From positions 24,572 through 88,571 of the forward strand of contig JAPPOG010000003.1 of assembly GCA_028818225.1 (NCBI GenBank): a stretch of DNA of 64,000 nucleotides, written 5' to 3'. Numbering within the stretch: position 1 is the first letter of the stretch; the number at the start of each line of letters is the position of its first letter. This document shows, in pieces, positions 54,161 through 63,113 of the stretch. This DNA comes from Gammaproteobacteria bacterium (GTDB lineage Bacteria; Pseudomonadota; Gammaproteobacteria; Pseudomonadales; Pseudohongiellaceae). Both the position numbers and the translations under genes were made by a program. The notes beneath the pieces are model-generated. The model saw nothing but the letters and a program-made list of their open reading frames with translations. It was not told the origin of the DNA and searched no databases.

Positions 54161-55253
54161 CGAATTAACGCCGGGTCAACTGGCCTGGTTAAGGTTCCGG
54201 CGTCATAAGCTGGCCATGGTGGCTGGCGGTGTACTGATAATATTTTATCTATTTGCCATCTTTTGCGAGTTTATCAGCCCCTATACACCTGATCAGAGAA
54301 ATGCCAGGGCAATTAATGCCCCACCAATGGACATTCGCTTCTTCGATGCGGACGGTCAGTTTCATCCAAGACCTTTCGTTTATGGCTGGGAGCTGAATAT
54401 CAATGAAGATACCTGGATGCGTGAGTACCAGGAAGACACTTCTACCCGTTATGACATTCAATTTTTCTCCCGCGGTGAGCCCTATGAGTTCTGGGGATTA
54501 ATTCCAACTGAGCGCCATCTATTTACCGTAGATTCGGAAAGTGAGGGTTACATCCACTGGTTTGGCACTGACTCATTAGGACGGGACATGTTTTCCCGCG
54601 TGCTCTATGGTGCACGGGTATCGCTTTCCATCGGTATTCTGGGTGTGGGGTTAACACTGTTTCTTGGCGTACTGCTGGGCGGATTCGCCGGCTATCTGGG
54701 TGGTGTGTTTGATAATGTCGTACAAAGAATAACGGAAGTATTGCAATCTATACCTACACTTCCTCTGTGGATGGCGTTGTCGGCTGCGCTGCCAGCAGCA
54801 TGGTCTCCACTAGCCACCTACTTTGGCATAACCATTATTTTATCCTTGTTCGGCTGGACTACGCTGGCAAGACAAGTGCGTGGCAGGTTCCTGGCAATGC
54901 GCGAAGAAGACTTCGTAGTGGCTGCACGACTGGTGGGTGCGAATGACAGGCGTATCATTTTTCGCCATATGCTACCCAGTTTTGTCAGTCATATTATCAC
55001 CACGGCAACTCTGGCAGTGCCAGCCATGATACTTGGTGAAACTGCGTTAAGTTTTCTGGGAATCGGTTTGCGAGCGCCAGTTGTCAGTTGGGGTGTGTTG
55101 TTACAACAGGCACAGAACTATCAGGTTATTGTGATGACACCCTGGCTATTGCTGCCCGGCGCATTCATTGTGATTACGGTAATTGCCTTTAACTTGCTGG
55201 GTGATGGTTTGCGGGATGCCGCCGACCCCTACAGCAGTTTGAGTAAGACTTGA
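54147..55253 (+). CDS. ABC transporter permease (DppC/OppC-like)
   Basis: Overlaps the preceding permease gene by 14 nt. 'HWFGTDSLGRDMFSRVLYGARVSL' is the DppC hallmark. Confidence 0.9.
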   Translation: MSELNELTPGQLAWLRFRRHKLAMVAGGVLIIFYLFAIFCEFISPYTPDQRNARAINAPPMDIRFFDADGQFHPRPFVYGWELNINEDTWMREYQEDTSTRYDIQFFSRGEPYEFWGLIPTERHLFTVDSESEGYIHWFGTDSLGRDMFSRVLYGARVSLSIGILGVGLTLFLGVLLGGFAGYLGGVFDNVVQRITEVLQSIPTLPLWMALSAALPAAWSPLATYFGITIILSLFGWTTLARQVRGRFLAMREEDFVVAARLVGANDRRIIFRHMLPSFVSHIITTATLAVPAMILGETALSFLGIGLRAPVVSWGVLLQQAQNYQVIVMTPWLLLPGAFIVITVIAFNLLGDGLRDAADPYSSLSKT

Positions 55254-55272
55254 GGCCGGTTCGGATTAACAT

Positions 55273-56199
55273 ATGAGTGCTAATAACCTGGTTTCAATAA
55301 ACAATCTTACTGTCGAATTCAAGACTGAATTGGGCAGTGTAACTGCTTTAAAAGATGTCTCTTTCGATCTGCCTCGCAATTGTATTACTGCCGTAGTGGG
55401 TGAATCAGGTTCCGGGAAATCTGTCACCAGCAACAGTATTATGCGCCTGCTTCCGGATTCTGCTCAGACATCAGGTGAAATAATTCTCTATCCGCAAAAA
55501 TCTGAACCAATTTCTATTACATCTCTTGCCGAAAAAGACCCGCGGCTACGCAGCCTTCGCGGAGGATTAGTAAGCATGGTTTTTCAGGAACCGATGACGG
55601 CGCTATCTCCAGTACATCGAATCGGTGATCAGGTGGCAGAAGCAGTCTTGTGTCATCGGGAAGTCAGCAAAGAAGCTGCGTGGTCTGAAGCAGCAAGCAT
55701 GCTGGAACAGGTTGGGCTCACAGATGTTCAGCAAAAAATGCGTATGTACCCTTTCGAGTTTTCTGGTGGAATGCGCCAGCGAGTTATTATCGCCATGGCG
55801 CTAATCTGTCATCCGCAATTACTGATTTGTGATGAACCCACTACCGCACTGGATGTCACCATTCAGGCGGAGATACTGGTACTTATAAAATCCCTGCAAC
55901 AAAAGCTGCAGAACTCAGTTTTGTTTATAACTCATGATCTCGGAGTGGTCGCTCAGGTAGCTGATCGTGTTGTGGTTATGTATGACGGGCAGGTTCTGGA
56001 AGTTGGCGATGTAAAGCAGATACTCAAGAATCCCCAGCACCCCTACACCTGCCATTTACTGGCATCGATGCCTGGCGCCGAAAGAAGAACTACAAAAGAG
56101 TCTAAGCAGAAAAATTGGGCAGCCGGAGCAGCGCTTGGCGGCGGTACCGCATTAGCCACCGCCGAAGACGGTCGCCAGGTGCGGGAGTTTGTGCGATGA
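55273..56199 (+). CDS. ABC transporter ATP-binding protein (DppD-like)
   Basis: Walker A 'GESGSGKS', signature 'FSGGMRQR', Walker B 'LLICDEPT'. Confidence 0.9.
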   Translation: MSANNLVSINNLTVEFKTELGSVTALKDVSFDLPRNCITAVVGESGSGKSVTSNSIMRLLPDSAQTSGEIILYPQKSEPISITSLAEKDPRLRSLRGGLVSMVFQEPMTALSPVHRIGDQVAEAVLCHREVSKEAAWSEAASMLEQVGLTDVQQKMRMYPFEFSGGMRQRVIIAMALICHPQLLICDEPTTALDVTIQAEILVLIKSLQQKLQNSVLFITHDLGVVAQVADRVVVMYDGQVLEVGDVKQILKNPQHPYTCHLLASMPGAERRTTKESKQKNWAAGAALGGGTALATAEDGRQVREFVR

Positions 56200-57017
56200 C
56201 GCAACTACTCTCAGTAAAAAATCTTTGTAAATCCTTTGGCGATCAGCTAATCGTTAATTCAGTTTCATTCGATGTGAACGAATCCTCTACCCTGGGAATT
56301 GTTGGTGAATCAGGGTCTGGCAAAACAACTTTGGTGCGCTCAATTCTCCGGGCCATAGACCCTGATTCAGGATCGGTACGCTATAATGGCGAAGCTGGCT
56401 GGCAAAATCTTCATGAGCTTTCGGCAAAGGAACTGTTGCCACTACGCCGCGAAGTACAAATGATCTTTCAGGATCCATTCGCGTCGCTGAATCCTCGCAT
56501 GACGGTGCAAACCATTCTGGAAGAACCACTCGTTATCCATGATCTTGGCGACAAAGCCTGGCGTAAACAAAGAGTGATGGAGATGTTGGAGAAGGTCCAA
56601 CTGGACCCCTCCTCTGCTGCGCGATTTCCCCATGCATTTTCTGGCGGACAAAGACAACGTATCGGCATTGCGCGGGCACTCATACTGGAACCGCGCCTGG
56701 TGGTTTGCGATGAGTCTGTTTCTGCACTCGATGTTTCGGTACAGTCCCAGATTCTTGATCTGCTAAAAGCGCTACAGAGCGAACTAGGCCTCACCTACTT
56801 ATTTGTGGCCCATGATCTCAGGGTCGTAAGAGAATTCTGTGATGAAGTACTGGTTATGTACTCGGGAAATGTCGTGGAACAAGGGCCGGTTGAAGAAGTT
56901 TTTAACAGCCCTGACCATGACTACACACGCTTATTACTTTCCGCAATTCCTTCCCCGGATCCTGATGAAAAACTGGACCCGCTTGATCGCGCAACCCTCA
57001 ATCTGCAGCTAGCTTAA
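56196..57017 (+). CDS. ABC transporter ATP-binding protein (DppF-like)
   Basis: ATG 56196 overlaps the previous stop (ATGA). Walker A 'GESGSGKTT', signature 'FSGGQRQR', Walker B 'LVVCDESV'. Confidence 0.9.
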   Translation: MTQLLSVKNLCKSFGDQLIVNSVSFDVNESSTLGIVGESGSGKTTLVRSILRAIDPDSGSVRYNGEAGWQNLHELSAKELLPLRREVQMIFQDPFASLNPRMTVQTILEEPLVIHDLGDKAWRKQRVMEMLEKVQLDPSSAARFPHAFSGGQRQRIGIARALILEPRLVVCDESVSALDVSVQSQILDLLKALQSELGLTYLFVAHDLRVVREFCDEVLVMYSGNVVEQGPVEEVFNSPDHDYTRLLLSAIPSPDPDEKLDPLDRATLNLQLA

Positions 57018-57171
57018 TTTAATATTTTCAAAGATAGTGGGTGTAGCATCCTCTCGATAAACAGCTGAATTAATGCTGGCCAATCCAGTTCAGTTCACAC
57101 TTGCATCTGCACCAATCCTTTGGTCTTAGGACAGACATTGTGCCCACTGCAGGCTGACGGATTTGAAGTAT

Positions 57172-57208
57172 AAAAAAACGGCGATGTTTCCACCGCCGTT
57201 TTCATTTT
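57172..57208. terminator. Probable bidirectional terminator between convergent ABC and TonB-receptor genes
   Basis: AAACGGCG / CGCCGTTT stem (57176-57183 / 57194-57201) with a 10-nt loop, flanked by A7 on the left and TTTTCATTTT on the right. Confidence 0.5.
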
Positions 57209-57234
57209 ACTGACTGATTACTCAGCCCTGAAAC

Positions 57235-60200
57235 TTAAAAGCTCCAGTTCAGCCTTGCGTACCAGCGTCGACCGCGACCATCGAAGACAGACGTATCAAA
57301 AGAAGAACGTCTGAACAGTGGCAGATCGGCATTGGTAGCGTCGATCACTCCAACAGAGAACCGGGCCGTGCCCATATTCTCATTGGCCCAATCGTGGGTG
57401 TAACTGTACTGGATATCCCAGGTATCATAGCTGTCCACTTTGGGTCGAGCGTACAACAGGTCCAGATCAGTTCGCTGGTCTTCGGCAATGTAAGCCCGAT
57501 GACCAAGAATCTGGTAGGAACCGATGTGACGATTAAAGATCGATACACGATGGTCGTTATTGGACCAGCTCAGACTGATGGTGCCCTTGTTATCAGGAGC
57601 TTCACGGACGATGTTTTGCTCACCGTCAGTGCCTGCCGCATCGAACTTACCAGTTTCCTGTAGACCTAATTCAAGCCCAGGCACATCTTTTACCATGTAC
57701 TCATCGATGTGGGTGTAGTCCAGACCAATTCTCCAGTTACCCCAGTCAGTATCCCAGGTGTAGCCGGCAGACACATCGATACCCTGAACCTGGATATTAC
57801 CGGCGTTAACCGCAGGCAAGGCGATGGTAATCAAACCACCGTTGGTATCATTCAGGTTACGCTGAATGTTCTGGGAACCGTCCGGGTTAAAGAATCGATA
57901 AGCGAATGGGCTTACCACACAGTTACGACGCTCAGCAGAATCAATACCGAATTGGGCAGCGATGGCATTCGGATCACAGGCAATTGGATTGCCATCCGGT
58001 CCACGTGCGTCAATTGGAAGTGAATCATTCAATACGTAAACTGAAGGATCGTTTACTACCGAGTTAAACAACTCGATTTCCGGATCCAGTGCTGCACGTG
58101 GAATCTGTGGCAATACACGGTCTTCCACGTCAAAGCGCCAGATATCGGCACCAACACTCAAGCCATCCAGGTCTCCGGTAGGAGTCCACTGGAAGCCAAC
58201 ACTATAAGTATCGGCTGTTTCGTTACCCAAGAATGGATTCGGTTTGCCCACAGTAAACGAGAAGTTGTTTTGCGCATTCTCGTTGGTGGCTGGCAATAAA
58301 CCGGCACGTACGTCCTGATTACGCAGTGGATCGAGCAAGGTTGTACCGAATGCTTCGAAAGCCTGGTTAACTACACCAATATTCGGAGCTCGGAAAGAAC
58401 GTGAATAGGATCCTCGAACGAGTAATTCTTCAACCGGACGCCAGCTAAGTGCGAACTTCGGAGAAACGTCGCTACCGATATCGCCGTAGTCTTCCCAACG
58501 TACTGCAATCTGGGATTCTACGTTTTCAGCGAACGGCAATGACAATTCGAAGTAAACCGCATCGATGTCACGCTCATCAGCAAAGTTGAAGATACAGTTT
58601 GCACATTCGAGGTTATTGGTAATTTCAGTGGCAAACTGATTCGGTGGGCCGTAAGGAAATTCATGCCCGGTAATCACCGTCAAACCTGGAAAGTGCAGAT
58701 CAGGTGCTCTACCAGTAGCACGACGGGAACGATGTTGGTAACCCGCCGCGAACTGGGCAGTACCGCCAGCCATCTCCATTAACTCACCGGTTACAACCGC
58801 ATCAAATACTTCCAGCTCGTTACGCTTGTCGGCGCGAAGCAGGTCTCTTGCGGTAATCCATTCGACTAACTCAGGAGAGTTTGCCAGGCTAGGATCCACC
58901 AGAGAAGTCAGGTATGGGTTGAAAAATTCACAACCACCCTGGCCGTGGTTGGTACTGGTAAGCGCCAATGACCAACCTTCGCGAGTATTCAAAATGTAAT
59001 TCGGGAATACGATATCGAAAATTCCGCTCAGAGCCCCAAAGCCCGGAACCGACAGGAAGTCGAAGTTTGGCGTTCCGTTTGGCGTACAGTTGGGCCCACC
59101 CAATCCATACAGGGCCAACTCAGTGCGGTCACGAATCATGGTTTCATACTGTTGCTCAACACTGGATTGACTCAATGAATAGGACACATCATAGGTCATG
59201 GCCCGGTCACCCCATTCGAAGTCACCGCGTAAACCCATTTGCACACCCATGGTTTCGGTCTCAGTGATCCGATCGTCACCCTGCCGCGGCCAACCAGTGG
59301 CAATGGTGTTACCTGATGTCAGAAAGCCTTCACCAAAACCACCATTCGAAATTAAATGGGGGTTGTTGGCCGCCGGAGCAAGAACCGGTGGGTTGCCGAT
59401 AAAAGTAGAAAGGACACCTAATAAGTTAGGTCCAGGAATACCGTGCAATGTTCTTGAGAATGCATAGCCACTTCCTTCTCGGATAGTATCGATGTCCGAG
59501 TACTGCCAGAAAGAGTAAAACTCCGCGTTCTCACTGAAGGTATGCTCGAAGCTGGCCGCGAAGGAGGAACGTTCTTGACCAATGGCGATAAACTGCTCGC
59601 CGATTGTATCCTCGACACAGGTACCACTGCGCCGGCCCACACCAGTAAAGCGGTTATCGATAAAGAAATCGCCATTAGGACCGGACAGGGTCTCACAAAG
59701 CGGGTCAGCCCAAACTATACCCTGAGTGCCTGAAATACTCTCACCCAAAGCAAATCGCTCTGCCTTATTTTGTGCAGTCAACGGGAAGTTGATGTACGCA
59801 GGATTGAAATTAGCACCGAAAGGCGTGCTTACTGAAAATGAGCCGACTCGACCAGTTGAGGTAATACGATCAGGATCGTAATAGCTGGCATGCTCCAGTA
59901 GTACCGGTTCCCGTTCAAAGTATTCACCGGAAATAACGAGGCGTGTATCACCGTCGTTAAAGCTAGTGCCCCAGATGCCACTAAACGTGTCTTCATAGGT
60001 GCCACCAGCCGCATCAATACCCTGAGTATCCGCCTGGAATTCAAGACCTTCGAAATCGGTGCGCATAATGATGTTTACCACACCGGCCACCGCGTCAGAT
60101 CCATAAAGTGCCGAACCTCCGTCGGTCAATACTTCAACCCGGTCGGTCATAACCAGCGGGATGGAGTTAAGGTCGACGAATTCCTGACCGGAACTGGACA

Positions 60201-60582
60201 CGATCGCCGCAGGAGTAAAACGCTTACCGTTGATGAGGGTAAGTGTGGAGTTACCACCCAGATTTCTCAGGTTAACGTTTGCCGCGCCCGCAAGCTGGCC
60301 TGCATCATTTGAACCAGCGACACTGGTATCAGAGCCCTGGTTAACTTCGAGGTTGCTAATGACATCCCAGATGGTTGATGCACCCTGTGCCTCAATGGAG
60401 TCACGGGAAATTACATCAACTGGGGATGGGGCGTCTTCCGGGCTGCCTCGTAAAAAGGAACCCGTTACGACTATCTCTTCGACTTCTTCATCTTGTGCAA
60501 CTACCGGCAAGGCCAGGGTAGATCCAGCAAGCATTACGGCAAGCGATAAAGCTTTTCGTTTGCCGGGAATATTTTTGCGCAA
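57235..60582 (-). CDS. TonB-dependent outer-membrane receptor (large, 1115 aa)
   Basis: TTG start with GGGGGA 8 nt upstream and a signal peptide. Plug motifs 'EEIVVTGSF' and 'DRVEVLTDGGSALYGSDAVAGVVNII'. The C-terminus 'RRWYARLNWSF' ends in Phe. Confidence 0.9.
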   Translation of the reverse strand: MRKNIPGKRKALSLAVMLAGSTLALPVVAQDEEVEEIVVTGSFLRGSPEDAPSPVDVISRDSIEAQGASTIWDVISNLEVNQGSDTSVAGSNDAGQLAGAANVNLRNLGGNSTLTLINGKRFTPAAIVSSSGQEFVDLNSIPLVMTDRVEVLTDGGSALYGSDAVAGVVNIIMRTDFEGLEFQADTQGIDAAGGTYEDTFSGIWGTSFNDGDTRLVISGEYFEREPVLLEHASYYDPDRITSTGRVGSFSVSTPFGANFNPAYINFPLTAQNKAERFALGESISGTQGIVWADPLCETLSGPNGDFFIDNRFTGVGRRSGTCVEDTIGEQFIAIGQERSSFAASFEHTFSENAEFYSFWQYSDIDTIREGSGYAFSRTLHGIPGPNLLGVLSTFIGNPPVLAPAANNPHLISNGGFGEGFLTSGNTIATGWPRQGDDRITETETMGVQMGLRGDFEWGDRAMTYDVSYSLSQSSVEQQYETMIRDRTELALYGLGGPNCTPNGTPNFDFLSVPGFGALSGIFDIVFPNYILNTREGWSLALTSTNHGQGGCEFFNPYLTSLVDPSLANSPELVEWITARDLLRADKRNELEVFDAVVTGELMEMAGGTAQFAAGYQHRSRRATGRAPDLHFPGLTVITGHEFPYGPPNQFATEITNNLECANCIFNFADERDIDAVYFELSLPFAENVESQIAVRWEDYGDIGSDVSPKFALSWRPVEELLVRGSYSRSFRAPNIGVVNQAFEAFGTTLLDPLRNQDVRAGLLPATNENAQNNFSFTVGKPNPFLGNETADTYSVGFQWTPTGDLDGLSVGADIWRFDVEDRVLPQIPRAALDPEIELFNSVVNDPSVYVLNDSLPIDARGPDGNPIACDPNAIAAQFGIDSAERRNCVVSPFAYRFFNPDGSQNIQRNLNDTNGGLITIALPAVNAGNIQVQGIDVSAGYTWDTDWGNWRIGLDYTHIDEYMVKDVPGLELGLQETGKFDAAGTDGEQNIVREAPDNKGTISLSWSNNDHRVSIFNRHIGSYQILGHRAYIAEDQRTDLDLLYARPKVDSYDTWDIQYSYTHDWANENMGTARFSVGVIDATNADLPLFRRSSFDTSVFDGRGRRWYARLNWSF

Positions 60583-61145
60583 TGTACTTTCCCCCTTGAT
60601 TATTGGAATTTTGCTAATTATTTAGGGTCCACGCATGTCCGTGATCGTGGGATTTTAATAGGAAGTATCATTCTTATTATAGAACTCCCTGATGGCATAC
60701 GCCGCTAGCGATATACTAACTTTGCTAACTTTCCCTGTATGGCCGCTGGAATTCACCAACTCCGCAAGTATGAAGAAAATAAAGCGCTCCAGCAACAAGC
60801 AATCATGGCTTATAAGGCTTATTTTTTCTGCATGTTTCCATAGGAAACACCCGAATTAGAGCGGGCTTTTTCAGTGTTTTGGCAGCGTGATTTTGCTTTT
60901 CTCCGTAAGTTTCCGTCAATAAGTCAGTAATTCCCCCAAAATTCGCCATTTTTGCCGTCAGTTGGGCTGTTTTAGTGCTGCAAATGGCTCGATTTTGCAG
61001 GTAGCTGCAAAAATCCTGGAATCGGGGAAACTGGCTCGGGTGAACGGGCAGTGACACAGTAATAAGCAGGAAGCGGTTTTTCGGCGCGACAAGCGTAAAA
61101 TTTCTCAATGCTGACGTGTTTTCGAGTAGCCTAGAATCGCGGCAG

Positions 61146-63113
61146 TTATCTGGAATTGGCTACCGCGGAAGAATCCGCGCCTACAGTGCTGGCCCGGCTC
61201 ATCACTATGCCGGTTACGGCGGCTACGGCGCCAACAATTACGAGGGTCAGCGGCCCCACACTAATATTTATGACGTCTGTTGCCGGTAGCGCAATAAGCC
61301 CACCACCAATTGCGATGAGAATGCGGCCCGCAATTCCCAGCGGTCCTTGTCGGTCGATAAATCCCACACCAATCAGGTAGCTCTGCAAACAGCTGGCAAT
61401 AAGTACGATACCAATAGCGACCTTGGTTGTGGCAATTAGTGTATCTGTCAAAGAGCCCGACATGACCATCGCTGGTTCAAGTACGAAGAAAAATGGAATG
61501 AAATAAATAATGCTGCCCAGGCGCATGGCGGTGAAGCCTGTAGCAAGTGCCGAAGAACCTGCAATGCTGGCCGCAGCAAAAGCACCCAATGCCACCGGCG
61601 GGGTAATAAAGGAGAGCATGCCCCAGTAAAGAATAAACAGATGGACGCTCATGGGCTCTAACCCGCCCTGAATTAGCGCCGGCGCCAAGACGATTGCCAA
61701 AAAAACATAGGCGGCGGTCACCGTCATACCGATGCCTAACAGAAAGCTGCTAAAAGCACCCATTAGTAAAAGGAGCAAGTTCGAGTCACCGGCTAGATAG
61801 AGCAGATCGTTAACAAGGGTTCCTGATAAACCCGTTACTGACAATGCGCCGACAATTAATCCTACTCCTGCCATGATGGTTAATAACTCCATCAGCAACC
61901 TGCCGGTAGCCACCAGAAATGAACCCAGCTGTTTTATATTCCAGCGATGATCGGTCGAAAATTGGTTAAGCACCAAAAGCAATCCCGTCGCAATAAACGG
62001 AGCAACTGCTTCTCGTTGCAAATACACCAGCAGAAAAATTAACACCATGAAGGCGGCGATATAAAACCAACCCTGCTTCATAGTCTCGCCGAGGCTGGGA
62101 AGCTCTTCCTTCGGGGTACCTACCAGGCCTTTGCGCGCGGCATAAGCATCCACCTGCACAAACAGTCCAAAGAAATAGAGCAAGGCAGGAATAGCGGCTG
62201 CTAATGCCACCGTTGTATATGGCACATTTAAAAATGTCGCCATGACAAAAGCAGTAGAGCCCATGATTGGTGGTAATAAGACACCGCCAGTCGATGCACA
62301 GGATTCCACGCCAGCAGCATATTCCTTTTCCATGCCATTGTTTTGCATGGCGGGAATAGTCATCTGCCCGGTAGTTAAAACGTTGGTAATAACGCTACCG
62401 CTCATTGACCCCATTAAGCCACTGGACACGATGGCGACCTTGGCAGAACCGCCTCGAACATGACCGAAAATGGCAAAAGCCAGGTTTATAAAGAAGCGAC
62501 CGCCACCAGTTTGCTGCAGGGCAATGCCAAAAATCAGAAATCCGATAACCAATTGTGCAAATGCGCGAAAGGGCAAACCGAGAATACTCTCGATGCTCAT
62601 GACGTGATAGGCGGCGGTTTCCGCCGGAGTCGACGCCATACCAGAGATCGGACCAGGCAAACTTTCGGCAAAAATTGGATAAAGTGAAAAAACTAAAACA
62701 AGCCCAAACAGCACCATGCCGCCACTGCGTCGCACCGCTTCCATGATGAGTATCCAGAGCAAGTAGCTTACATAAACGGCATGGTCTGGGGCGGCGAATT
62801 CCCAGCCAAAGTCCAGCATGGTTTCTGCGTTAATAAAAAAGAAAATGCAGGCACCACAGGCGGCAACCGCAAGCACACTATCGATAAAAATGCTTTTAGG
62901 ATTTTTTAATGTGGGGTTGAGCAAGTAGCACAGCGGTAATAACAAAGCCATTAATGCGTAGTAGTAATGATTTTGTACAGTAATAATAAATTCGAGTAAT
63001 GGGCGCTCGGAAAACAGGCGCAAGGAATCCATCGCAAGAAAAGCGCTGCCCAGGGCAGCAAGGCCTGTCAGCCATCGCAGCGCGGTTGGTAATTCCCCGG
63101 GCTTATCTGACAC
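61146..63113 (-). CDS. TRAP transporter fused permease (TAXI-type DctQM-like)
   Basis: 655 aa, about 18 hydrophobic segments. The GTG start overlaps the stop of the upstream TAXI-type binding-protein gene (TAGTG). Confidence 0.8.
   Translation of the reverse strand: MSDKPGELPTALRWLTGLAALGSAFLAMDSLRLFSERPLLEFIITVQNHYYYALMALLLPLCYLLNPTLKNPKSIFIDSVLAVAACGACIFFFINAETMLDFGWEFAAPDHAVYVSYLLWILIMEAVRRSGGMVLFGLVLVFSLYPIFAESLPGPISGMASTPAETAAYHVMSIESILGLPFRAFAQLVIGFLIFGIALQQTGGGRFFINLAFAIFGHVRGGSAKVAIVSSGLMGSMSGSVITNVLTTGQMTIPAMQNNGMEKEYAAGVESCASTGGVLLPPIMGSTAFVMATFLNVPYTTVALAAAIPALLYFFGLFVQVDAYAARKGLVGTPKEELPSLGETMKQGWFYIAAFMVLIFLLVYLQREAVAPFIATGLLLVLNQFSTDHRWNIKQLGSFLVATGRLLMELLTIMAGVGLIVGALSVTGLSGTLVNDLLYLAGDSNLLLLLMGAFSSFLLGIGMTVTAAYVFLAIVLAPALIQGGLEPMSVHLFILYWGMLSFITPPVALGAFAAASIAGSSALATGFTAMRLGSIIYFIPFFFVLEPAMVMSGSLTDTLIATTKVAIGIVLIASCLQSYLIGVGFIDRQGPLGIAGRILIAIGGGLIALPATDVINISVGPLTLVIVGAVAAVTGIVMSRASTVGADSSAVANSR

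Noticed and set aside
60583-60800. Riboswitch (cobalamin/TPP-type) in the leader of the TonB-dependent receptor
   Set aside because: Reading the minus-strand leader, I find neither a B12-box-like GCCACUG nor the TPP CUGAGA/ACCUGA cores. An Infernal scan would be needed to exclude other classes.
60803-61108. 101-codon minus-strand ORF in the TRAP/TonB-receptor intergenic region
   Set aside because: It has a TTG start and no SD. The translation has no recognisable motif, signal or TM segment, and it spans the repeat/hairpin array. I treat the region as non-coding.
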